Part shown: positions 10,294 through 20,374 of the stretch, piece after piece
Layout: every line of letters begins with the position of its first letter
Numbering within the stretch: position 1 is the first letter of the stretch
Assembly (NCBI GenBank): GCA_041661795.1
Contig: JBAZTS010000003.1
Coordinates: 3,939-67,938 of the forward strand
Reading direction: 5' to 3'
Source of the DNA: Minisyncoccota bacterium
GTDB lineage: Bacteria > Patescibacteriota > Minisyncoccia > UBA6257 > JAGOQP01
DNA: 64,000 bases
Made by a program: the position numbers and the translations under genes
The notes under the pieces: model-generated
Seen by the model: only the letters and a program-made list of their open reading frames with translations
Databases searched by the model: none
Told to the model about the DNA's origin: nothing

Positions 10294-11307
10294 TCAGCTG
10301 TTGTTTGTTAATTTCTTGCGCTCTGCCCAATCTTCAACTATTTCTTGCAAGATGATTGTAACAGGAACAGCTAAGATTATTCCCGACAAGCCAGCTATTG
10401 CTCCACCCGCCAACATGGCAACAACAATTAAAACTGGATCTGTACCTATGGCTTTACTCATAACAAATGGAACCAAAGCATGATTTTCTATTTGCTGAAT
10501 AATTGTGAAGATAATCAAAACCAAGAAAGCGGTACTTAAAGATTGAGGAATAGTCACCAAAAAAGCAACGATTCCCACAGTAATTGGTCCAACATAAGGA
10601 ACGAGTTCCAAAATAGCGGCCAAAACCGCCAGCACTAAAGCATATTCAACCCCTAAAACAAGCAAGCTGATAAAAACCATAAATCCAACAAAAAAACTGA
10701 TAACCAATTGACCGCTAAGCCATTTAGCTAATTTTTTTCTGGTTCTCAAATAAAGATCAATGGCATAATTTTCTTTGCTTAATGGAAAAACCGCTTTTAT
10801 AAATCTCTCCACTCCATCTCGGCTTAAAGCCAAATAAAAAGACAAAACCAAAACCACAGAAAAGAAAAGGGCGTTTTCAAGAAGAGAGGAAACAAGATTA
10901 AATCCACTACTCCCTCCGTAGAAAATTCCATCAATAAAACTCTCCAAGTTATTTCCTGCCTGAGAAACCAAATCTCCCGAACCCAAAAAATCCAAAAGCG
11001 GAATTTTAAGAGTGTTAATATTATTAAGGAAATATTTAAGTTGGATAAGAGCCACCGGAACTAATGTATAAAGGAGCAAAGCCATTAAGGCGACCCCTAT
11101 TATAAATATAGAAAGAACACTCAAAAGCCGGGGAATCTTTTTTCTTTCAAGATAAGAAACGGGCTCATGGATGGCCGATGAAATGATTATAGCCAAAAGC
11201 AAAATAACCAAAACATCTCTAATATAAAACAGAGCTACAGCCAAAATAAACATCATAAAAATTTTCCAGAGCGAACCCCAGGAAATGTCAAATGCTTGCT
11301 TTTCCAT
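10294..11307 (-). CDS. AI-2E family (UPF0118/PerM) membrane transporter
   Basis: Eight predicted TM helices and a UPF0118-like layout with C-terminal GxxGxxxxxP. Confidence 0.6.
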   Translation of the reverse strand: MEKQAFDISWGSLWKIFMMFILAVALFYIRDVLVILLLAIIISSAIHEPVSYLERKKIPRLLSVLSIFIIGVALMALLLYTLVPVALIQLKYFLNNINTLKIPLLDFLGSGDLVSQAGNNLESFIDGIFYGGSSGFNLVSSLLENALFFSVVLVLSFYLALSRDGVERFIKAVFPLSKENYAIDLYLRTRKKLAKWLSGQLVISFFVGFMVFISLLVLGVEYALVLAVLAAILELVPYVGPITVGIVAFLVTIPQSLSTAFLVLIIFTIIQQIENHALVPFVMSKAIGTDPVLIVVAMLAGGAIAGLSGIILAVPVTIILQEIVEDWAERKKLTNNS

Positions 11308-11349
11308 TAAGCTAAATATACTACAAAAAGATCAAAATTTAAAAGGGAA

Positions 11350-12621
11350 TCAAATCCTAAGAAGCTTTTTAAAGTCGGATTCTTTTTTGTATGGTCCGAT
11401 AACAGCCAAGTTTAATCCCTTGTTTTGAAACACCTGTTTGGCAACCTCCATAACGTCCTTTTTGGAAACTAATTGAAGTTTTTTTATTATTTCTTGAGAT
11501 GAATTAATTTTTCCCAAAATTGTTTCTTGTTCCCCGTAGAAAAAAGCCAAATCGCTTGACGTCTCCAAAGAAAGCATTAAATTTCCAATATAATGGTCTT
11601 TGGCTCTTATTAATTCTTTATCGTTAATTCCATTTTTTAATATTTCTCTTAGTTCATCCAATATCGCCTTTATCGCAATAAATGTTTTTTGGTGATTGAC
11701 GCCGGCAAATATTTCCAAATAGCCATGTGTTTTAAAAAGAGATGGCGATGAGCCCACATAATAAGCCGCCCCCAATTCCTCTCTTACTTTTTGAAACAAA
11801 CGAGAACTCATTCCGCCCCCTAAAATTTCAGAGAGTAGAGCAAGCGGATACTTTTTTGGAGAATTAAGGGCAAACGACTTTAGCCCAAAAATAAAATGGG
11901 TTTGGTCTAAATCTTTTTTAACTATGCTTAATAAGGGACTATTTTGTTTTTCTAAAACATTTTTTGAAATAATTCTTTTGCCCTTGTCTAAATTAGAAAA
12001 ATATTTATCCACCATCTGTCTGGCCTTTTTAGTGTCAATTCTTCCGGCAATAACAACAATCGTCTTTGAACCGTGATAGTGAGAGGAACGATATTTTATA
12101 AAATCGTTTTGAGATATTATTCTTATGTTTTCTTTGGGTCCCGCGATACTCCATCCGGCCGGTTGATTGCCATACATTAATTTATCTAATTCTTCAGAGA
12201 CCTTGGCGCGAGGCTGGTCCTCATACATATTTATCTCTTCTATAATCACCCCCTTCTCTTTTTCTATTTCTTTCTTATTAAAAACGGGGTTTAGGTACAT
12301 ATCAGCCAAAATATCAAAAACTTTGTCCATTTTATTATAAGCCACCTTGGCCCAGTAACCAGTTAAATCTCTGGATGTAAAAGCGTTACTTAGCGCTCCA
12401 AGACCAGCCAATTCACTGGCGATATCCATTGGAGTTGGTCTTTTTTTGGTTCCCTTAAAACACATATGTTCTAAAAAATGCGAGATGCCGTTGTTTTTTT
12501 GGTTTTCATAAGCAGCTCCGGCTTCAACAAAAATCCCCACAGTAACCGAGGGACTTTCTTTTTGTGGTATAACCAACAACCTCAACCCGTTTTTAAAGGT
12601 ATGTTTTATAAAATTAGCCAT
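11350..12621 (-). CDS. M16 family zinc peptidase (insulinase-like)
   Basis: Inverted zinc motif HFLEHMCF(KGT) near the N-terminus. Size is typical. Confidence 0.75.
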   Translation of the reverse strand: MANFIKHTFKNGLRLLVIPQKESPSVTVGIFVEAGAAYENQKNNGISHFLEHMCFKGTKKRPTPMDIASELAGLGALSNAFTSRDLTGYWAKVAYNKMDKVFDILADMYLNPVFNKKEIEKEKGVIIEEINMYEDQPRAKVSEELDKLMYGNQPAGWSIAGPKENIRIISQNDFIKYRSSHYHGSKTIVVIAGRIDTKKARQMVDKYFSNLDKGKRIISKNVLEKQNSPLLSIVKKDLDQTHFIFGLKSFALNSPKKYPLALLSEILGGGMSSRLFQKVREELGAAYYVGSSPSLFKTHGYLEIFAGVNHQKTFIAIKAILDELREILKNGINDKELIRAKDHYIGNLMLSLETSSDLAFFYGEQETILGKINSSQEIIKKLQLVSKKDVMEVAKQVFQNKGLNLAVIGPYKKESDFKKLLRI

Positions 12622-12630
12622 AATAAAAAT

Positions 12631-13929
12631 TTATTTTAATTTTTCTTTGAGAAAACTTTCTAATTCATCCACGGCTATTCTTTCCTGTTTGGTAGTATTT
12701 CTATCTCTGACTGTAACCGTGTCGTCTTCTAATGTTTGAAAATCAATAGTAAAACAATAAGGAGTTCCAATCTCATCTTGAGAGTAATAACGTTTGCCAA
12801 TATTGCCTCTGGCATCCCATGCAATTAGACCTAAATTTTCTTTTTTCAGATTTTCAAATATGTCACGCGCTTTTTCTACCAATTCTGGTTTATTAGCCAA
12901 TAATGGAAATACAGCGGATTTATAAGGAGCCACTTTAGGATTTAATTTAAGAACAATTCTGTCGCCATCTTCTTCGTAGGCATCAATAATAAGAAAAAGG
13001 AATGTTCTATCAACTCCGCCTGATGTCTCAACAATCCAAGGAATATATTTTTCTTTTGTCTCTTGATCTGTATAATTCAGATCTTTCCCTGAGAATTCTG
13101 AGTGTCTTGATAAATCCCAATCACTGCGCCAGTGTATTCCTTCCATTTCTTTATTACCAAAAGGAGATTTTAGATATTCTATATCAAATGCTTTCTTGGC
13201 ATAGTGAGCTAATTTTTCGTGCTCGTAAAATCCGAGATTATCTGGGTGGGTAAATAGATTTTTATACCAATTCATTCTTTCTTGTTTCCAATAATCAAAC
13301 CATTTTTCCATTTCATCTGGGTGAGTAAACCACTGTAAATCCCATTGTTCAAATTCTCTTTGTCTGTAAAGAAAATTGCCGGGAGTTATCTCATTTCTGA
13401 AAGCCTTTCCAATCTGACAGATACCAAAAGGGACTTTTAGACGAGACGAGTCAACAACGTTTTGGAAATCCAAATAAATTGTCTGACAAGCTTCTCCTCG
13501 CAAATAAGCTCCCATTTTTTCTCCCTCGATAATACCAAGCTCAGTGGGAACTAAAATATTAAAATTTTTAGGGTCAGTTAACCCTCCTCCGCAATCGGGA
13601 CAAATGCCACCCTCAATGTCGTCTGCTTTAAAACGATGGTGGCAACTTTTGCATTCCACCAACGGGTCCACAAAGCTTTTTAAATGACCACTGGCTTCCC
13701 ATACTTTTGGATGAGTAATAATAGCTCCGTCTATTCCAACAATATTTTCGTGTTCAATAGTCATCGAACCCCACCAGAGACGTTTTAGATTATTTTTCAT
13801 CTCAACGCCCAGCGGGCCAAAATCATAAAAACCTTGAAGTCCCCCGTAAATTTCAGAACCGGGGAACACAAAACCTCTTCTTTTGCACAGAGAAACTATT
13901 TTTTCCATTAAATTGTCTTTTTCTGACAT
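12631..13929 (-). CDS. glyQS: Glycine--tRNA ligase (dimeric class II type)
   Basis: N-terminus RRGFVFPGSEIYGG, class II motifs, and Cys cluster CKSCHHRF...CPDCG. Confidence 0.85.
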   Translation of the reverse strand: MSEKDNLMEKIVSLCKRRGFVFPGSEIYGGLQGFYDFGPLGVEMKNNLKRLWWGSMTIEHENIVGIDGAIITHPKVWEASGHLKSFVDPLVECKSCHHRFKADDIEGGICPDCGGGLTDPKNFNILVPTELGIIEGEKMGAYLRGEACQTIYLDFQNVVDSSRLKVPFGICQIGKAFRNEITPGNFLYRQREFEQWDLQWFTHPDEMEKWFDYWKQERMNWYKNLFTHPDNLGFYEHEKLAHYAKKAFDIEYLKSPFGNKEMEGIHWRSDWDLSRHSEFSGKDLNYTDQETKEKYIPWIVETSGGVDRTFLFLIIDAYEEDGDRIVLKLNPKVAPYKSAVFPLLANKPELVEKARDIFENLKKENLGLIAWDARGNIGKRYYSQDEIGTPYCFTIDFQTLEDDTVTVRDRNTTKQERIAVDELESFLKEKLK

Positions 13930-13952
13930 GTTTTTTATTAATCAGTTTAAGT

Positions 13953-15830
13953 TTATGGGGCAACTCTGTCAAACTTGGGTGGCAAAAGAGCGTCGCTCAA
14001 ATTTCTTGAATCTATTTCCCTGGAGGATAGATTTATGTTTCTTTTTATAAATTCATCAAACCCGGAAAGATTGGCTTGAGAGATTATACCAAAGCTCTGG
14101 TCAGTCTGAGTTGAAGAAGGAATAACCTCAACCTGGAAAATTGCCTCCGGTCCCGGTTCTATTACACCTTTATTGGCTTGAATATTAGGAATATCCCAAA
14201 CGATTTCCTGAGTTCTTGAATTGTAAAAAGGAACCGTGGATATATTTGATTTAACTTTCCCGGTCCAGCCAACTCCCGTTCCCAAAGAAGCTTTTATTTT
14301 TATTCCGCTAAAATCCGATGCCAAGGTTTTTAAGTTCCAATGAATCGTATATTGGGTCGGATTCCCTACTTTAGGAGGCAACGACCCGTTGTTTGTAATA
14401 TCTGAAGACGGTTCATCAAAATACACTTTTTGTGAAAAATCTAATTTACCCGATATTTTATATTCCGATTCGCTTACACCCAAAGTTTTTGAAGCTATCA
14501 CGTTTGCTGGAACCGTAGGAGAAGATATTTCTCCAAAAACTTTGATGGTAAAATTTTTGTCTGATAATTTTGAAATTGGAAATTGGTCCTTTATTTTTAT
14601 ATTAAAAGAAGCCGACCCAGAGGCTTTAGTGTTGAGTTCTTTTAAAATTGGCAGATTGGTGGCTGTCCAGGTTATTGATCTGTCGGCGTCGTTGAAATAC
14701 CCGGAACTATCTATAGAAGAAAAATCAAACATTTCTCCCTTGGGACGAACAACTAAAATGACATCCGACAAGGTCTCATTAGAATTATTGGAAAAGTTTA
14801 CCAGAAATCCGGCATTGGCTCCCGGACTTACAAAACCATTTTCATTAGAGAGAGATATCTGAATATTAAGAAGGGAGGGACTAATAGATAGAGAAACGGA
14901 CTGAGAGCCAACGTCATAATAACCAAAGTCCGTTTTTACCTGAGCCAAGGCCTCTATGTTTAAAAAAGAATATTCTTTTCCTATTATTATTCCCGAAAGA
15001 ATAATAACTCCTTTGGTTTTTGGATTGATATTTAATATTTTAATAGAAGAATTTTCCAGAGTCGGTTCTGAATTGCTAAGCTTAAACTCTTGAGGAAGTT
15101 TAAAATTAATAATGGTTTCTGGCAAAATTTCATCACTAATGTTTTGATATTCAAGCGACATTTCAAAATCCTCACCGTTAAAAACCTTCTCGGGAGCATT
15201 TAAATCTAAATTTATGACCGAATCCCTAACCAGCACCTCAAAAGATGTTTTTTTATCAAAACGACTGGCAAAAGCCGACCCTTCGTAAGTGTAAGATATA
15301 GAAGCATTAATTTGATAGGTTTTAGGAAAAGACCCAGTAGCTATCAACTTAAATTCATCTTTAATTATCTGTCCGGGAGTGATTATCCCCCTATCTTGGG
15401 TTGTTATCTTCTTATTTCGGTCTTCATAAAAATAGATTCCGTCAGGCAAAGACAAAGAGAGTTTGGAATCAATCAGTTTTTTTGTGGAAAGATTTTCAAA
15501 ATTTAAAGAAACGGAAAATGGGGACCCTACTAAAACCTCCTTGGGACCAGAGGTCTCTAAAGAAACGTCTTTGGTGGTAAAATATTGGAAAAGATAATAA
15601 CCGGCTATTCCAGTCAAAACTAAAAGAACCGTCACAAGAAATATGATAAAAAGTTTTGCCGGACCTATTGATTTTGGGCTTTTGTTTTTAATTTTTTCTT
15701 CACCGTTCTGCCAAGGATTTTCCACCCTCAAATCAACCTTTTCTTGATTTTTGCTTTTTTTAGAACCGCCCCCGATTCTTTCTTCTTTTTTTTGCCCGTA
15801 AAGTTCTCTTTCTAAATCTTCTAAACTCAT
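13953..15830 (-). CDS. Hypothetical large membrane-anchored extracellular protein
   Basis: Basic N-terminus, one TM helix (LFIIFLVTVLLVLTGIAGYYLF), then about 540 aa of Ser/Asn-rich, beta-rich sequence. Overlaps recO by 4 bp (likely operon). Confidence 0.5.
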   Translation of the reverse strand: MSLEDLERELYGQKKEERIGGGSKKSKNQEKVDLRVENPWQNGEEKIKNKSPKSIGPAKLFIIFLVTVLLVLTGIAGYYLFQYFTTKDVSLETSGPKEVLVGSPFSVSLNFENLSTKKLIDSKLSLSLPDGIYFYEDRNKKITTQDRGIITPGQIIKDEFKLIATGSFPKTYQINASISYTYEGSAFASRFDKKTSFEVLVRDSVINLDLNAPEKVFNGEDFEMSLEYQNISDEILPETIINFKLPQEFKLSNSEPTLENSSIKILNINPKTKGVIILSGIIIGKEYSFLNIEALAQVKTDFGYYDVGSQSVSLSISPSLLNIQISLSNENGFVSPGANAGFLVNFSNNSNETLSDVILVVRPKGEMFDFSSIDSSGYFNDADRSITWTATNLPILKELNTKASGSASFNIKIKDQFPISKLSDKNFTIKVFGEISSPTVPANVIASKTLGVSESEYKISGKLDFSQKVYFDEPSSDITNNGSLPPKVGNPTQYTIHWNLKTLASDFSGIKIKASLGTGVGWTGKVKSNISTVPFYNSRTQEIVWDIPNIQANKGVIEPGPEAIFQVEVIPSSTQTDQSFGIISQANLSGFDEFIKRNINLSSREIDSRNLSDALLPPKFDRVAP

Positions 15831-16372
15831 GTCAATAATATTACTTTATCTTGAGGTATTTTCAAAGAGTGCTCTTTGCATAAAAAAATATGATCGTGTT
15901 TATGAAATGAAAAAATGTCTTTGGAGTGGCAGGAAAAGCACTCTCCTTCTTTTGGATCAAACCCCAGCACCAAGAGAAGAGCTCTTGTCACTTCTGAATA
16001 TTCAAACTTTTTCCCCATTATCCCAACCATAAAAGCCCAGAGCTTTCTATCGGTTTGAAGCTCAAAAGCCATAGAGTCAATAAGGCCAAGAATAGGAAGC
16101 ATATCAAATCTCTTTTCTGGCCAAGACAAATCTTCATCTCTAACGCAGTCAATAATAGAAAACCCGTCCCTTGGACCGGCTAATTTTATCAAGCGGACTT
16201 TTATGAAATTGAGGGGTTGGATATGAGCCGAGAGTTTTGATTTTATTTTCCTGATACTTTTGGCCCTGGCCACAATTTTGCCATAATCCTGGGTAAACAA
16301 AGAGATGAGTCCATCAACTTCGTTTATGTCTCTACGTCCCAAGACCAATGCTCTAGTGTAAAACTCCTTCAT
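15827..16372 (-). CDS. recO: DNA repair protein RecO (short form)
   Basis: N-terminal OB-fold (ALVLGRRDINEVDGLISLFTQDYGKI) and C-terminal Cys4 zinc motif (CFSCHSK...CKEH). Confidence 0.65.
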   Translation of the reverse strand: MKEFYTRALVLGRRDINEVDGLISLFTQDYGKIVARAKSIRKIKSKLSAHIQPLNFIKVRLIKLAGPRDGFSIIDCVRDEDLSWPEKRFDMLPILGLIDSMAFELQTDRKLWAFMVGIMGKKFEYSEVTRALLLVLGFDPKEGECFSCHSKDIFSFHKHDHIFLCKEHSLKIPQDKVILLT

Positions 16373-16452
16373 TAATCAATAATAACCCATTTAGGCATCA
16401 AAAAGCCAAAAACTTTGAAATGCGCCCCTTCTTGAACTTCTACTGCCCGGGC

Positions 16453-16480
16453 TTGACTTCTATAAAAGAGGGAGTATAAT
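16453..16480 (+). promoter_or_regulatory. Near-consensus sigma-70 promoter (TTGACT-N16-TATAAT)
   Basis: TTGACT at 16453-16458 and TATAAT at 16475-16480, about 50 bp upstream of the 3D-domain gene. Confidence 0.55.
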
Positions 16481-16531
16481 AGTAGGAATCGTGCAGAGAG
16501 CGCGATTTTTTAATGTAAAAACAACAAAAAT

Positions 16532-17059
16532 ATGGCTAAATATATAGTAATAATGGCTCTAATAACATCTTCCCTCTCAACTTCATTGGTTGGCGCTAAG
16601 TTGTTTTCAATGGAAAAAGAGGTGGGTAAGGAGGTTATTTCTGGGTTTAGCGCTAAGGCCTTGGCTCAGGGCATTGTAATACCCCAAGATAGCAACGACA
16701 CCGTTGCTTTTGAGGATTCAGTCAGAGAGAGACCCACTGCTAACTTTGTGGAAGAATATGAGAATGGCAGTTCATTGGTGGTTTGGGCTACCGGATATTC
16801 AAGTGAACCCGAACAAACCGACGATACTCCTTTTATCACAGCTTCTGGATCAACCGTAAGAGATGGGGTGGCCGCCGCTAACTTCCTTCCTATGGGAACA
16901 AGATTTAGAGTGCCGGAGATTTATAAAAACAAAATTTTTACCGTGGAAGATAGAATGAATTCAAGGTTTGGCAACCAGCAAATAGTGGACATCTGGTTTG
17001 AAGACACAAATGACGCTCATGAATTTGGAAGAAAGATTGTAGCAATTGAACTTCTTTAA
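16532..17059 (+). CDS. 3D-domain protein (MltA/RlpA-like fold, secreted)
   Basis: Signal peptide. C-terminal 3D domain with conserved Asp residues (FTVEDRMNSRFGNQQIVDIWFEDTNDAHEFG). Confidence 0.65.
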   Translation: MAKYIVIMALITSSLSTSLVGAKLFSMEKEVGKEVISGFSAKALAQGIVIPQDSNDTVAFEDSVRERPTANFVEEYENGSSLVVWATGYSSEPEQTDDTPFITASGSTVRDGVAAANFLPMGTRFRVPEIYKNKIFTVEDRMNSRFGNQQIVDIWFEDTNDAHEFGRKIVAIELL

Positions 17060-17063
17060 TAAT

Positions 17064-17093
17064 AAAAACCCCCGGATAATGCGGGGGTTTTTA
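17064..17093. terminator. Bidirectional rho-independent terminator
   Basis: AAAAACCCCCGGATAATGCGGGGGTTTTTATTT: GC stem with an A-run on one side and a T-run on the other. Sits between the convergent 3D-domain gene and pnp. Confidence 0.8.
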
Positions 17094-17114
17094 TTTAATT
17101 TACTTGATTAAAAA

Positions 17115-19250
17115 CTATTGGTTGGCACCCAACGCTTTTATAGATAACCCAACTTTTCCATTTTCTTCTACTTTGATTATTTTGGCCTTAACTCGGTCGC
17201 CTAATTTAACCACATCGGTTACTTTTTGAACAAATCCGTTTTTAAGTTCCGAAACATGTATCATTCCGTCTTTCCCTCCTCCTAGATCCAAAATTGCTCC
17301 AAAATCCAATATTTTTATAATCTCTCCTTCTATAACTTCCCCCACTTCAAACTCGTGAGTCATGCTTTTTATAAAGTCACTGGCTTTTTGAGCTTTTTCA
17401 AGAGAATCAGCCGAGACAAATACTTTCCCGGAATCATCAATGTCGATTGATTGGAGTTTAAAATCTTCAATCATCCCATTTATCATTTTCCCTCCGGGTC
17501 CTATAACCATTCCTATCTGATAGGGCTTAACGTTGACGGTTAAAATAATAGGAGCATATGCGGAAAGTTCTTTTTTGGGTTCTGCTATTGTTTTTTCTAT
17601 TAAATCCAAAATCTGATATCTGGCTTTCTGGGCCTGAACAAGAGTTTTGGAAAAAATCTCACTGTTAATGCCCTCTATTTTTACATCCATTTGAACGGCG
17701 GTTATTCCACTTCTAGTGCCGGCAACTTTCAAATCCATGTCTCCATAATGGTCTTCTGGGCCTTGAATATCGGTAAGAATTTTAAACTCTTCACTTTGAT
17801 TTTTTGGGTCGTATCCTTGGTGAGTAACAAGACCCATGGCAATTCCTGCCACCGGTTTTCTTATCGGTACCCCGGCATCCATCAAAGATAAAGTAGCCGA
17901 ACAAGCCGAAGCCATAGAAGAAGAACCGTTAGATGAAAGAATTTCTGAGACAACTCGAATTGTGTAAGGAAATTCTTCTTGAGAAGGAATTACCGATCTT
18001 AGCGCTTTCTCCGCTAACGCTCCGTGGCCTATTTCCCTTCTTCCCGGCATTCCCAATTTCCCTATTTCTCCAGTTGAGTAAGGAGGAAAGTTGTAATGAA
18101 GCATAAATCTTCTTTTTACCAATCCTTCCATGGTTTCTGTCATCTGTTCCGATCCGGGAGCAGCCAAAGTAGTCACTGCTAAACTTTGCGTTTCGCCTCT
18201 CATAAAAAGAGCCGAACCGTGAAGACGTTTAAAAAGTCCGACATAAGCCAAAAGAGGCCTAATCTCATCTAGCTTTCTACCGTCAGGTCTTTTTTCTTGG
18301 GCTAAAATATTTTTGTGAACTATCTCGTTGATTAAATCCTCCCAAACGGACTCAACTAATTCTAAGTTTTCCATTTGAAGAGATTTTAAATGTTCGAAAA
18401 GTTCTTCTTTGACGGCAGAGATGGAATTATTTCTTTCCGCTCTGTTTTCTATATAAAGAGCTCCTTCCAATTTTTCTTTAACAAAAGATTTAACAGCTTC
18501 CTCAAGTTGTTTGTCGGTTTGTAAAAGAACAACCTCCGTTTTTGGCTTGCTAACTTCTTTTATTATTTCTTTTTGAAAAGAGATAAGTTTTTTTATTTCT
18601 TCAAATCCGGCAACAAAACTTTCTTCAACATCTTTTTCAGAAGCGTCTTTCCCTCCAAGTTCTATCATGTTAATTCTTTTTTCAGTTCCCGAATAAAATG
18701 CTTCAAAACCCCCAACCTCTTCCAAGGCCGGAGTGATTTGACTGTTAAGAGGGCTAAAAATAAACCCGTCTTTATTTTTTATTACCCTCACTCCAGCCAC
18801 AGGGCCATCCCAAGGAATATCAGACATTCCTAATACTAATGAAGAAGCGACTAAAGCCAGAAAATCCGGGTCGTTTTCTTCATCATAAGAAAGAACCGTA
18901 ACGACAATTTGAACATCTCTTCTTAGGCGATGATCAAATAAAGGTCTAATACTCCTATCTATCAACCTTCCCGAAAGAACCGCCGGGTCCGAAGGTCTTC
19001 CTTCTCTTCTTATAAATCTACTGCCAATAATTTTTCCCGCGGCATAAAATCTTTCCTCGTAATCCACCGAGAGAGGAAAATAATCAGTTTTTTTATCTTC
19101 TTTTCCCATAACCGCCGTTACTAAAACCGAAGTATCTCCGTATTGTCCGATAACCGAGGCGTTGGCCTGGCCGGCAATATCAGAAATTATAAACTTAAGC
19201 TCTCTTCCAAAAAAAGGAAGAGAAAACTCTTTTTTGTTTTGTATATTCAT
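17115..19250 (-). CDS. pnp: Polynucleotide phosphorylase
   Basis: Two RNase PH domains, then KH and a C-terminal S1 domain (GEVIEGEIIKILDFGAILDLGGGKDGMIHVSEL). 711 aa. Confidence 0.95.
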   Translation of the reverse strand: MNIQNKKEFSLPFFGRELKFIISDIAGQANASVIGQYGDTSVLVTAVMGKEDKKTDYFPLSVDYEERFYAAGKIIGSRFIRREGRPSDPAVLSGRLIDRSIRPLFDHRLRRDVQIVVTVLSYDEENDPDFLALVASSLVLGMSDIPWDGPVAGVRVIKNKDGFIFSPLNSQITPALEEVGGFEAFYSGTEKRINMIELGGKDASEKDVEESFVAGFEEIKKLISFQKEIIKEVSKPKTEVVLLQTDKQLEEAVKSFVKEKLEGALYIENRAERNNSISAVKEELFEHLKSLQMENLELVESVWEDLINEIVHKNILAQEKRPDGRKLDEIRPLLAYVGLFKRLHGSALFMRGETQSLAVTTLAAPGSEQMTETMEGLVKRRFMLHYNFPPYSTGEIGKLGMPGRREIGHGALAEKALRSVIPSQEEFPYTIRVVSEILSSNGSSSMASACSATLSLMDAGVPIRKPVAGIAMGLVTHQGYDPKNQSEEFKILTDIQGPEDHYGDMDLKVAGTRSGITAVQMDVKIEGINSEIFSKTLVQAQKARYQILDLIEKTIAEPKKELSAYAPIILTVNVKPYQIGMVIGPGGKMINGMIEDFKLQSIDIDDSGKVFVSADSLEKAQKASDFIKSMTHEFEVGEVIEGEIIKILDFGAILDLGGGKDGMIHVSELKNGFVQKVTDVVKLGDRVKAKIIKVEENGKVGLSIKALGANQ

Positions 19251-19356
19251 TTTTTTTAAATCTCAAACCCCAAGCACCAAATTCTAAATAAATTTAAAAT
19301 CTTAAATTTCAAACTTGTTTAGATTTTAGTATTCGGAATCTGAAAACTTTATTTAA

Positions 19357-19914
19357 TTATTTAATATTTTTTGACCTTAATAATATTTTTTGATTTTTGT
19401 CCAAATCAATGTAAACATCAGCCACTTCTTTTAACTTGGCCGAAGTGCTTCTTCCAAAAGAAACCACCTCAACTTGTCGTCCAAGTCCCCATTTTAAGTA
19501 TTCGACCAAAGGACAAAAGTCGCCATCTCCAGTGACAAGGACAATAACGTCTAAAAACGACGCCATTCTAACGGCATCTACCGCCATACCAACATCCCAG
19601 TCGGCTTTTTTGGCTCCACCGGCAAAAATTTGTAAATCTTTAATTCGTAAGTCCATTCCTCCTTTTTCCAAAGCGTCAAAAAAAGTCGCCTCCGGAGTTT
19701 TTGGGGCGAACCTCGCTCCTTCGGAGCGGGCGCTTTCACCTAAAGAAGTGTCGCTTTTAACCACATACCCTATGGCTCTTATTAACTGTCTTTGGCCAAC
19801 AATATATTTTAACAACTGACCAAAATTAACCCTGGAACTATAGAGGTGTTTAGCCGAATGGTAGAGGTTCTGTATATCAACAAAAACTCCAACTCTCTGA
19901 TCTTTATATTGCAT
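19357..19914 (-). CDS. NYN/LabA-like (DUF88) domain protein
   Basis: VGVFVDIQNLYH ... VIVLVTGDGDFCPLVEYL: PIN-like NYN motifs. Inserted between rpsO and pnp. Confidence 0.65.
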   Translation of the reverse strand: MQYKDQRVGVFVDIQNLYHSAKHLYSSRVNFGQLLKYIVGQRQLIRAIGYVVKSDTSLGESARSEGARFAPKTPEATFFDALEKGGMDLRIKDLQIFAGGAKKADWDVGMAVDAVRMASFLDVIVLVTGDGDFCPLVEYLKWGLGRQVEVVSFGRSTSAKLKEVADVYIDLDKNQKILLRSKNIK

Positions 19915-19915
19915 T

Positions 19916-20182
19916 TTATTTCTTTAACCCCAGTTTTTTTACCACCTTGGCATATGATTTCTCGTCGTTTTTAGCTAAGTAGTCCAAAAGCTTTCTCCTT
20001 TTGGAAACCATCTTCAAAAGGCCCCTTCTGGAAGAATTATCCTTTAAATGACCCTTAAGGTGTTTTGCTAATTCGTCAATCTGTTTTGTTAAAAGTCCAA
20101 CCTGAACCTGGGCCGAACCAGTATCACCATCGTGAACCTGAACTTCTTTTATAACATTTTGTTTTTTTCGTATAGTAAGCAT
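19916..20182 (-). CDS. rpsO: 30S ribosomal protein S15 (start moved to the internal Met, MLTIRKK)
   Basis: 88 aa from the internal Met matches the S15 consensus: HDGDTGSAQVQVGLLT, SRRGLLKMVSKRRKLLDYL. Classic rpsO-pnp neighbourhood. Confidence 0.9.
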   Translation of the reverse strand: MLTIRKKQNVIKEVQVHDGDTGSAQVQVGLLTKQIDELAKHLKGHLKDNSSRRGLLKMVSKRRKLLDYLAKNDEKSYAKVVKKLGLKK

Positions 20183-20229
20183 CAGAGCAATAATACACGA
20201 TTTTTTTGTAATAGTCAATTACTGCCTTT

Positions 20230-20320
20230 CAGAAAAGATTTTGGGACGCGGGTATTTTTCTACTAAAAAATCCCTCTAGTTCAGCCCATCGGCTTCCGCA
20301 TGGTCCCAAAACCTTTTCTG
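20230..20320 (-). promoter_or_regulatory. Imperfect 18-bp inverted repeat with 55-nt spacer in the rpsO 5' leader / xerC divergent region
   Basis: CAGAAAAGATTTTGGGAC (20230-20247) pairs with GTCCCAAAACCTTTTCTG (20303-20320), one mismatch. Confidence 0.4.
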
Positions 20321-20374
20321 AAAATAATAACCAAAACTGTTTTCTAGTGTCGCAAAATAATATATACTAACGTC

